Of a stretch of DNA of 64,000 bases, positions 1 to 9,961 are shown piece by piece. A model generated the notes under the pieces. That model saw nothing but the letters and a program-made list of their open reading frames with translations. It was not told the origin of the DNA and did no database searches. The position numbers and the translations under genes are program-made. Source of the stretch: Carpediemonas membranifera BICM (lineage: Eukaryota > Protista > Fornicata); NCBI GenBank assembly GCA_019828565.1, contig JAHDYR010000015.1:504239-568238 (forward strand). The letters are read 5' to 3'. Position 1 is the first letter of the stretch. Each line of letters begins with the position of its first letter.

Positions 1-639
1 CCACAAGGCTATGGTGTGATCAGGTGATGGAGCACTAAAATGCACACTCCTCATCCGAGCCACCGGCCGGCAATGGACGCGTTTCCCAGGAACCCACAGG
101 GCGGGTACGTTGCCCGAGCAGAAGATCTCCTCCCCGAGCATCCCATAGGGCCTCCTCTACGCAAGGAGCGCACGAGAACCGAGAAAATCGCCGACTTGAT
201 CCGGATGTACGGCGACCTAAAAGGGTATAGCAAGATAAAGGATCCCTTCCCCCAGGAGTGGATCACCAGCTACAGTGGTGGCAGAATCCCAGCCGAGAAA
301 GGGAAATAACGGCTACCCAAATGCTAGAAAATGACATCCTGCTATACCACTACGCCCTGATAACCGGAAGGCCATGGTGGGTAAGCCAGGCGGCCTGGAA
401 AATCCACCGCGAGGACCAACAGCGCCGGCCACTGCCCCGATGCGGGCCGGCCTTCGTGATGTTCACCTCCAAGGCCGATTACTCCCTGACCCCGGGTTTC
501 CCAGCCTACGAGCGCCGGCAACGGCGCCTACAGGCGAGGCGGGCAGGGAGGGCTCCCTCCGGGGGATTCATGCCGACTTTCCCCCTCCGACTTTTCGAGA
601 CCAATTTCGGCCACAAACACAAAGTTCCCCCAACAAGCC

Positions 640-1926
640 ATGGGCCGGGGGAATGATGTAGACGAAGCTGGAACAGAGCTCACCAAGCTTGGAAAACGCT
701 TAGCTACGACCGAAGAGTGGCAAAAAGTCCGAAGAGCAGCCGATTCCATCCTCGCCAAGTGCAACAACACCACAGTGATCTTCTCGAGGGATAACGCCGC
801 CAACTTCAAGGTATCAAGCCCGCCACCGGCTAGATCCTTGCTGTTCGAGCTAGTTGCCAGCACTCTCAAGGCCGCAGGTCACCAAAGCCTCACAGGGCCT
901 GGGATCAGGACAAGGTTCGGCCAGCAGAGCGCCGCCTGGCTCCTCAAGGCAGGCGGCCAAGCCACAGCCGGCTCAGCGAAAGCGCCAGGTGCGGACAGAG
1001 CCCACAACAACGTCAACAACAAGTGGGCGGCCCTAGGTCGGGCCTGGGAGGATGCCCCCGTCCCCCTTAGCCCCAGACCCCCAGCAGGAGGCTTCCCCCC
1101 CCTTGACGGACAGGCCGTCAAGCCCTGGGAAGGTGGCATGTTCTCCGCGATAGCTGTCTACAGCAGGACCGATGGGGTGACCAGACCTGTGTTGGTTAGC
1201 AGGACACCCACGGATTCAGCCCTCAACATTGCCGGCGACGAGCTAGCGCGCAGTGAGGCCGAAGACTTAGTGCTTCGCTGGACGGTTCCGGGCTTCAAAG
1301 AGCTGTGGGCCGCATGGGATACTACTACCCGGCCAATGCCGGCCCCTGAGTTCATCCACCCGGACCTCTGCGACGCTTCCACCCTCGTTAGCAGGATCGC
1401 AAACATCTGGATGGCGGACCAGGGTACCAAGCTGCTCGCCACCGAATCCACAGGGGACGGCCCGCCCAAGGGCAACGAGCAAACCGACAACCCACCCCAC
1501 GAGGGCAACCCGGTCACCCCCCACCGAATAATGGCAGAGCAAGTGCAGGTGATAGCCTGCCCAACGGCGGCCCAAGGACGGACCCACCCACCAGGGGGCA
1601 ACCTGGGCGTTGCCCCGCACAACGGCGGCGACCCGACCACTGGCCAACCCAACATGGGCGATCCAGTCGCCCCCTCGTTCATTGGGGGCGAAGCAGGTTG
1701 GAACCCAACTAGCGGGGGAACCCCGCCACCATGCCCAGCGGCGAAAGTGCGGGCTCGGAGACCGGGGGTACCCAAGATGGCCCCCGGCCCAACGCCGACG
1801 ACTCGGCCAGAAGAGTCCCTGGCAGTGATAGTGACGTCAACCCGCCAAGGGGTAGAGAACTGTCAGCCAACAGCAGACTCCCCCCGTCCTGCCCGCTCAC
1901 CAACCCGCAGGGCAAGAGGATGCTGA
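640..1926 (+). CDS. LINE-A ORF1 region, N-terminal part (unknown function, Pro/Gly-rich)
   Basis: 428-aa ORF; weak similarity to LINE-B 24717-25559 (EEWQKVR..DSILAKCN vs KQWEDIR..DSFLAERN). Confidence 0.6.
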   Translation: MGRGNDVDEAGTELTKLGKRLATTEEWQKVRRAADSILAKCNNTTVIFSRDNAANFKVSSPPPARSLLFELVASTLKAAGHQSLTGPGIRTRFGQQSAAWLLKAGGQATAGSAKAPGADRAHNNVNNKWAALGRAWEDAPVPLSPRPPAGGFPPLDGQAVKPWEGGMFSAIAVYSRTDGVTRPVLVSRTPTDSALNIAGDELARSEAEDLVLRWTVPGFKELWAAWDTTTRPMPAPEFIHPDLCDASTLVSRIANIWMADQGTKLLATESTGDGPPKGNEQTDNPPHEGNPVTPHRIMAEQVQVIACPTAAQGRTHPPGGNLGVAPHNGGDPTTGQPNMGDPVAPSFIGGEAGWNPTSGGTPPPCPAAKVRARRPGVPKMAPGPTPTTRPEESLAVIVTSTRQGVENCQPTADSPRPARSPTRRARGC

Positions 1927-2703
1927 TCGGATGCATTGACTTCGAAGCGTCCAAACCCGCATCCAAGGCGGGGGATGAGGCCGTCATATGCGAAGGGGCG
2001 GTCATAGTCTTTGACCCCGCCAACGGGAATATCGTCGCCAGTCTGCACGGGATGTTAGGCGAAGATATTCGGGTGGCCGACCTCGACCAGGCTCTGATGA
2101 GCTCAAGAATTCTCCACGGTTGCCCCCCAGCCACCTTCGTCGACATCACCACTGGGCAGGCCCCCCAGGGATTCGAAAGCACATTCCCAAACAGCACCAC
2201 ATGGTGCGCGGAAATGATCGATGCCCTCCGGCGTCTCGAAGGACACCATAACGCGTTCATCCACCTGACTGCCAAAGGGGTGGAAGCTGAACGAAGCGTC
2301 CTCACGAGCGCCAAATACGTACCGGATTCCACGGCCAGGGCATGGGTAGCCACCCACCTAATCGATGAAGCCGGCCTAGATGCGGTGTACCCCCGTCTCA
2401 ATAGCACCCTCACCCTCTTCTACCCCCCCTCCCAGGAGGACCGCCCGGTCCGAGAGACCCTCCCACAGGAGGACCAGAAGGCAGCCGAGCAGGCCAAGGT
2501 CTGGACCCGCGACCAGCAAAGGAGAAGGGAACCCAAGGGGCTGTGCCCCTATCACAGAAAACGCACCAGCCTACTGTCACTGTGCGCTTGCGGATGTATC
2601 GCTCTTCTACACAAGACTCTCCCTGGCCATCCACATGCTGTATAACCCGTGGACCTGGGCTGATGTGGGAGCGGAACTAATCGCACGAGGAGGGGGAAAG
2701 TGA
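1920..2703 (+). CDS. Maelstrom-like / DEDDh 3'-5' exonuclease domain with E-C-H-C Zn site (frameshift at ~2557)
   Basis: IDFEA...ICEG...KGVEAE...CPYH, then in the adjacent frame HCALAD; collinear with LINE-B domain. Confidence 0.7.
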
Positions 2704-4378
2704 CGGGGGCACAAAGCCCCATCATTAGAGTAGGACACGGGGTCCCAGACCTGGCTGTAGAGATCAACCGCCATAGAGGGCGAGAGGTCATCACACCCCT
2801 GGGGCAACTACAGCACGTGATCTTTACCACCAAGCCGCGTCCGAAGGAAATCCACATGGCCAACACGACCGCGCAAGAGTTCAGCACAGGAAAAGGAATC
2901 CTAAGGGTCCTTGAAAGGAGGGGCGTAGCCGTTCTCAGCCCGGACTCCTGCCCAAGCACGAGACCCCTGGTCGTGGAGCTCCTATCCGAGTGGAACGGTA
3001 GGCGCCGCGTAGCAAGGGAGAAGGGCTACTGGCCAGACTTCTATGGCAACCGTACCACCCTGGACCCCAGGGTCATGGAGCAACTCCCGGTCAAACTCCA
3101 CCCCGAGCTCCTGACCCTATCCCAGGCAGCCTCGCTGGTCCCGCTCCATAAGCATGACATGATGCATGGGGGCTCAGCCCAGCAGCTGAGACACCGGCTC
3201 ACCCACTGCCTGGTGAACATCGGCGATAGAGCACCAGCGGGCGTCCCGAAACTCATCGTAAGCGCGGAACTCCGGCGCCAAGATAGAGGGCCCAGGCATT
3301 ATGTCAACTTCTTCCCCTCGGTTCTTCCCCTAGACTGGGGCATCCGCACAGTAGAACAAGGAGGGGAGCCTGGAAGACGCCGCCCGAGCGCCTTGGGCGA
3401 ACCCCAATACGACGGCACCCTGGCCCTGGGATGCAGTCCCATGATGAGACTACCCCCCATCCGCCTGTGGGACTTCCCGTACACCCAGAACAACGACGGG
3501 CACAGGTCGCAGCGAGAGCAAAAAGAGGCTGTGACCGCGGCAAGGGCCGCGCTTAGAGCCTGCCTCGAAGAGCACCGGGAGAGGCTCACCAACGAGATTC
3601 ACCAAGGCATGGAGTGGCCGGCCCTAGGGCTGCTTGAGGGCCCGCTCACCGAGAACCGACAGGTCCCCACCCCGAACCCATCTCAAAGGAAGGTGAACGC
3701 CACCCCCTCCCCCAGCAGGCTCCAAGGGGAAACAAACCCCACCCCCAACCCGCGCCAGGTAACCCCCGCCCACCCCACCCCAAGGGCAATCATCACCCCT
3801 AATGCGCACCAGGTAAGCCCTGCTTACCCCACTCCCAGAGGAATGAACCCCCCCACCCGGCCCCGGGACAGGCGATCCTCACGCCTCACAAAGAGGCCAA
3901 CCCCCCGGCGATGCCTCTGAGCCAGGCTTTCGAGCACCGGCCCCCGCCGGGCGGCCCCGAAGGGAAGAGGCCCCCAAACCCAAGACTGGGCACGGTCGAT
4001 CAGATGGGTGCCTACATCCAAGCCCTCTTCCAAGCGGAGGTGGAGCGAAGAGCTGAAGAAGAGCGGCAGCGGATCATGAGCCATTACGAAGAGGAAGTCT
4101 CCCGGCTGAACAACGAGGTTGCCCACCTCCAAGGCCAGCTGGCCAAGGAAAGGGAAGCCCTAGCAAGAGGAGCGAGCGAGCGCCAGCGCCTCCAGCGCAT
4201 CGCCGAGAAATCGGAGGCCTTCAAAAGAGCCAGCCTCAGGCTCCGTGAAACAAACAGAGTCCTCGAGGCCAGGCTTGAGGGAGGCGCTTGCCGCCGCCAA
4301 CGGAAGCGACGAGGAAGAAGAGCTCCTACGCATCGGAATGGAGCACGAGAGCGACGAACCAGATCAAGAGATGCATGA
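2700..4378 (+). CDS. LINE-A ORF1 C-terminal part (Pro-rich repeats, coiled coil), frameshifted near 3915
   Basis: ORFs 2700-3920 and 3911-4378; heptad-rich EEEVSRLNNEVAHLQGQL; LINE-B has a coiled coil at the equivalent position. Confidence 0.55.
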
Positions 4379-5112
4379 GTAACGAGCCATACCAAAGCAG
4401 TGGAGGGAAGAGTGCAGAGTCTAAAGGGATGTGTATATATAGCACGTTAGTGTAGGACTAGGTGAAGTGAAGGCGCCGGAATAGGCGCAGCGTTGGAGCC
4501 CGCCAGAAGGGCTGTACTGGCGCCAATGCCCGGGTGACTTTTTCTTTTCTTAAAACCCCTGTTCCCCGCAGGGACCGGGGGGCGGGTAAGAGGCAGTTGG
4601 AACGCCATCGAGGACCCGCCTGTCCGGCAGGCTGGAACTCCAGCCTTGGGAGGGGCGCCGAAAGGAGTCGCTCCCCACCTATGCGTAGTTAGGTAACGAT
4701 GCTGCCAATGTGCGAGGCCAGAAGCGCTATAGAGACTGGCACGAAAGTCCCGACAAGCACCGCGAGGGCGCGGCCAGTGAAAGGGGTGGTACACCCTAGG
4801 TCAGCTCCAAGAGGGAACCTGGGCCACGTCTGGGGACTCTGGAGGAAGCAGCCGTTCTGGCCAAGCACCCCATGTGAATGGCGCATGCTTCTGGGTCCTG
4901 GAGAAATATCAAGGGCAAAAGAAGACGCCTACCCGGGCCGCCCACCAACAACCCACAGGGCGGGAAGCGGCCCACCCAACGTGCTAAACAACGACGACAT
5001 AGGCGCTCACCCATTGGGAAGGCAACTATGCAGATGCTAAACCCCAACAACAAGATGAAAGTGTGCAGGTAGTGCAGAATAAGGAGTGCAGGTTAAGGCA
5101 GTAACAACCTGA

Positions 5113-8100
5113 ATGCGAATAGTCTCCCTTAACAGCCAAGGACACTTAACGGGCAATGAAGACTACAGCGGATCTATAGCGGTAGCGCTTCGCAAGCACA
5201 CGAGCCCGGACGCCCTCCTCTTGCAGGAAACATTCAGGTACGGTAACTCCGTAGTCCCCTGTTGGGCGGACCTACAATACGCATGTGCAGGGCACGCCAA
5301 ACCCATCAAGGCTCGAAAGGGCAAGATTAACCTAGGCGTAGCCACGGTGATCAGCCCACATTCACAGGCAACCTGGGATGTAGGAGTATCTGACGGCACG
5401 AACCCCCGAGTTCAAGTTAGCATCCTCGAAACCTCAAGGGCTATCGCAGTCATCAACATATACGCCCCTCCAAGTGACCGCAGCGCAGCGGAGCTAGACC
5501 GCTTCGACCAACAGCTGGAAAACATCGTCAGAGAGTACCACGGCTTCGAGATAATCATCATGGGGGACTGGAACCGTGACCCGCGGAGCCTGCGCCATGC
5601 CACCAGCGCCACACTACAGCGAAACAATCTAGACCTAGTTTTCCCTCGTCTCACACATACATGAGTGGGAATACCACCTCGACGCTGGATTATGCAGCTG
5701 TATCTGGGGGGGATCACGAGGGCCAAAGCTAGAGTCATTGACAAAGCTGAGATGGGGCATTGGGGCTCCCCCATAGGGCAGTGGAGCTAACCTGGGACGA
5801 ACCGCATTGGAAGAAACAACCGGCCAAACCCAAGCTGGAAATCCCAGGAACAACCACCTGGAATGTCCTCCCAGAGCGCAACGGGGAAAGAGCAAGGGAA
5901 TGGCCGCAACCCGATGTGGAGCTCCATGTAGATACAATCGAGTACCAAATACGGGAACTCTTATCGGTGGGATTTCAAACTTCCGCTAGGAACGTCAGAC
6001 CAGGGAGATCGCAAAAAAGGATCCCGGAGAACGTATGGAAGCAACTCATCCTAGCCCGATGGAACAAAGCGGGGGCCGCGGAAATCAAGCGAACCCTGAA
6101 CAACGAGCTCCAGAAGTCATGGAAAAGCTTCAAGGAGGAGTGGACGCAGCAGGTGGAAAACAGCGCAAGGGCAGGGTATAAGACCACCAAGAAGGTCATA
6201 GCAAACCAGGTCCACAGGTTCTGGAACGAGAAACAACACGCAGGGCTACCGGCGATGCTCAGAGGAAAGAGGTCGATCTTAACAAGGGAAAACGAGATAG
6301 CTAGGGAGCTGCAGAGGCAATACGCCCAAGTCAGTAGTGGCATAGCACCTAGTTGGGACCAGATCCCGGCGGCCCAAACAACTGATCAACCCCCACGGAG
6401 GAGGAGGTCACGGCCGCCATCAAGTCCCTGAAGAAATCATCGGCAGGAGGCCCGGATGGTATCACGGGCGAATGTCTGAGAGACCTCCCCCAGGCGGCCT
6501 ACAGGGCAATCACATGCCTCTTCCAGAAAGTATACGAGTCTGGGGGAACTACCCACCACGTGGAAGTACGCCTCCATCTCCCCGATACACAAAGTAGGGA
6601 AAGATAAGCTACTGCCAGGATCCTACCGACCCATCTCACTCACCCCCCTCCTCTACCGAGCATATGGGAAGGTACTCAAATGGAGGCTCAAACCAACAGT
6701 TGAGAGGCACACCCCCAGAGAGCAGATCGGCTTCATGAAGGGAAAGACAGTCATAGACCACATCGCCCTCCTAACCCAACTGCACCAAGAAGGAGACCGG
6801 ACCAGCGTGCTGCTCGACATTGCAAAGGCGTACGACACGGTTCCCAGGGACATCCTAGTCAGCAAGCTGATCAATATGGGTGTACACCCCCACCTAGTCA
6901 GAGCAGTACAAAGCACAATGGAGAGGACCTACATTGCGGTAAGGGGATCCGACCTATGGTCCGAAACGAATCTAGGAGTCAAGCAAGGTTGCGTGGTCGC
7001 CCCCACCCTATTCATACTATTTACGGCCAACTGGATTAGCCAGGCGTCACTCAGAATACAGTACGGCGAGATACCAGACCCGAAGCTTCCCCCACCCACC
7101 ACAGACCCGGGAATGGCATCATAGCAATGTTCGTAGACGATACGAGCATCTCGGCAAAGAAAGAAAAATGATGCGGAGTCCCTCACCGCCGCAATGGTGG
7201 AAGTGATAGTGGCACACAAGCTGTGTATCAGCCCAGGAAAGAACATCGTCATAAGTACCAATCCAAATGCGGAAGTGCGAATTCAAGGGGAGGCCACCCG
7301 AGCAGCGGAGTCAGGCCGATACTTGGGACTCTGGATAGCAAGTGGCCCTCATCCGCTCAGCGCATGCATCGCAAAAGAAAAGAGAACAGTCGAACAAGTA
7401 CATCGCCCTCGCCCGGAGAGTGGGATGGACTAAAGGCTCCACGCCCGCGGCTGTCTCCGAGTCCATCCTCCGCACCTTCCTATGGCCAAAGATCGAATTC
7501 GGAATCGAAATTTGGGGCCAAGTCCCAGGAGGCAGAAGGCTTTGGAACGACTGGCGAGGACTCATGGCGGGAACCGGACCCGGTGGAGGGGTGTCGCCCG
7601 CCTGATGATGGGATGGATGTGCTGGGAAGCGGACATGGGTGTAAGAGCGGTTAGAATCCGCGAATCGGCCCGGGACCCTGACCGCCCATCGCCCCTAGCG
7701 GACTTCGACTGGGGAAGAGCGAACCCCAAGTCCGTTATCGGAAAGCTGAACAAGTGGGCAGACAACGTACTAGATCTGGCCCCTAGCGACCTTCACGGAC
7801 CCAGACCCAGAGCAATAGCCGGGGGATGGAAGATGACAGCACGAGACATCGCCACCAAAGGTAGCCGAACAGCCAAGGCGGCCGCCGAAGTGCTAGCTGC
7901 GGAGGCAATGCAAACAATGGCAGGCGGGAGAGCACCCAAGAAACCAAAGATTATCAGAGGGGAGATGATGCTCAGGAGGGAGCTGAAGAGGGTAGTTGCA
8001 ACAGCCTCCAACACGCTCCCCTCCGCTAGCAACAGCCACACAACTCGAGGAGCCGCGCTCATCATAAGCAGGAGGTACCCTGGGCAGGAAATGCTCTGCG

Positions 8101-8485
8101 ACCGTATCCAAAGAATATGCCCGATATGCACACTCGCAGCCGAACGCGAATTGATCAACTACCTCCAACTATACCCCCCCCCAGGCGCAGGCGCTAGTGG
8201 CAGTAGCCGGGTGGCTGGAAGACCAACCGCTAGGAACACAAAGCCACATCATAGCGGAGTGCCAGGGCGTCGGCCGCCCAAGTGGGTGGGAGCAGTGCTG
8301 GGAAGCTGCGGCAACACACACCATGGCAAGTAGGCTGCGGCACGGCCCAGATGGGGGAGTGGTATAACTCCAGGGCCATATTGGAGCTCCACTGGCTACT
8401 GCAACAGGAGGATGAAACAGTGAAGGAGGGTCTATTATGCGGGAAAAAGGCCATCAAGAACCTCAGAACAGGCCCAGACCCCTAG
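5113..8485 (+). CDS. LINE-A ORF2: apurinic endonuclease + reverse transcriptase + C-terminal Cys/His knuckle (several frameshifts)
   Basis: SLN, LLQET, INIYAP, MGDWN (APE); GGPDG, YRPISL, LDIAKAYDTV, GVKQGCVVAP, MFVDD, RYLG (RT); CPIC. Confidence 0.9.
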
Positions 8486-9628
8486 GAGGAAAGCCCTGGG
8501 TGAAGACAAGGCACAGGGCGGAACATTCCTGGAACCGGCGGGAGGTGTTTTCCCCCCACATGTTCCGGTAGCGCCCGGCCGCACACCCAACCCAACCCAC
8601 GCAGCAAGGGAGCACTCTGATGCCTGCATCACACTTGAAACAACTCCCCCACCACCAAGAGGGGACAGGCCCAACCCACAGGGCGGCCTGGAAAGGTGGC
8701 CCGAGCACCGACCCCAAGCGCAGCGGGCCTGGAACCAATGAGGACAACACCACATGTTCCGGTAGCGCCAGGCGGAGGGAAGGCTGCAAAGGACCACTAA
8801 GGGACAACCGCATACAACAAGCACGAAATAGGGAAGGCCTGGCAAAACAGCTGGGCCAGTAGGGCGCAAGCGTCCGGACAAGCAGTCCGGCGCATCCCTC
8901 CGGCGCGCAAGGGGGTACCCCCTCCCCACACAGTGGGGGCGCACCAGGAGGATGATGCATGGCAGACTGGCGGAGGTACTGGATGACGCAAGAAGCTACC
9001 CACTCCGTCGGTAACCTGCCGGGAAGGCAGGGCCATCCTGATGTGGCCCGGCGCCTAGCCAGGAACACTGGAAGACGTGGCAACCGCCCCTGGGAGCTCC
9101 CCCCCGATAATGGGAACCTGGAGTGAAATCGGACAGCGCTAGATGAGCCCGAACGCAGCCGGCAAGTCCGTGGAAGTCTACCTACGCGGCGTCGGTGGGT
9201 TCCTAACCCGGCCCAGCTGGTACGGCGAACTCTAGACCCGACCCCGCCCTGGCGGGTGCCTGAAACATGGCGAGCGGGTCGAGGAAACCCCAGGACCTCC
9301 CTAGGGGACCCGGGGGAGAGGGGAAACGTACGGAAGGTCCCTGACAGCAGCGTGCAGGGCAAGGCTTTGTAGGTGCCAGGCAGACCTGGGACCCAAAGGG
9401 CCCCTAAGAGTAAGACCTGGGTTAGCCTAACTTTGGGGGTATTAATGTGGCCATGTATAGGATCCCTCTAGCGTACCAGCTAGGCCTTGACGGCCGTTGT
9501 TCACGCCCTCTTAGGAAGTGTTAGGTGTGCTCTGTAGAGGTACCAACACGCTTAGGCGTTCCTCGAAGGGGTGACACAAACTGTGACATTCAGCTTACAC
9601 AGCAGGACGAGTAGCAGGACACATTAAA

Positions 9629-9651
9629 TTCTTTCTTTCTTTCTTTCTTTC
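9629..9651 (+). repeat. (TTTC)n 3' tail of LINE-A
   Basis: ttctttctttctttctttctttc preceded by TAAA; same tail type on LINE-B. Confidence 0.85.
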
Positions 9652-9663
9652 GTACCGGTACTC

Positions 9664-9918
9664 ATGACTACGGGCGACGGAGGGCTCCAGTTCACTGATG
9701 AGCTCCGTACTTATCGACTGGAACGAGTTGTTGGCAGTCGCAATGGCCCGGGTGGTCGACTCCTCACGTTGAAATGGGAAGACTACAGGTTTGTGACACG
9801 GTCGTACCCGACGCCGGAGTTGCTAGAATTGCCTGAAGTGGTAGCGCACCTTGCTCGTCACGGGGTTGAACCGCGCAGTACTGGACCTGCCTTCGCTGGT
9901 CGGGGCCGCCGACTCTAA
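9664..9918 (+). CDS. Chromodomain-like ORF, possibly the 3' part of a gene interrupted by LINE-A
   Basis: YRLERVVGSR...LLTLKWEDY resembles the chromodomain consensus YxVExI...YLVKWxGY; AATAAA follows at 9931. Confidence 0.55.
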   Translation: MTTGDGGLQFTDELRTYRLERVVGSRNGPGGRLLTLKWEDYRFVTRSYPTPELLELPEVVAHLARHGVEPRSTGPAFAGRGRRL

Positions 9919-9961
9919 CAACTAATCAACAATAAATCAGGCGAGATGAGAATAGGAGGGT

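Larger units (their letters stand above)
1..9651 (+). mobile_element. LINE-A: non-LTR retrotransposon (multi-ORF ORF1 region, APE-RT-CCHC ORF2, long 3' UTR, (TTTC)n tail); 5' end may lie outside the window
   Basis: APE and RT motifs in 5113-8485; same architecture as LINE-B; tail at 9629-9651. Confidence 0.9.

Noticed and set aside
9695-9730. CTGATGAG hammerhead core
   Set aside because: No properly placed GAAA or stems; it lies within a chromodomain-like ORF
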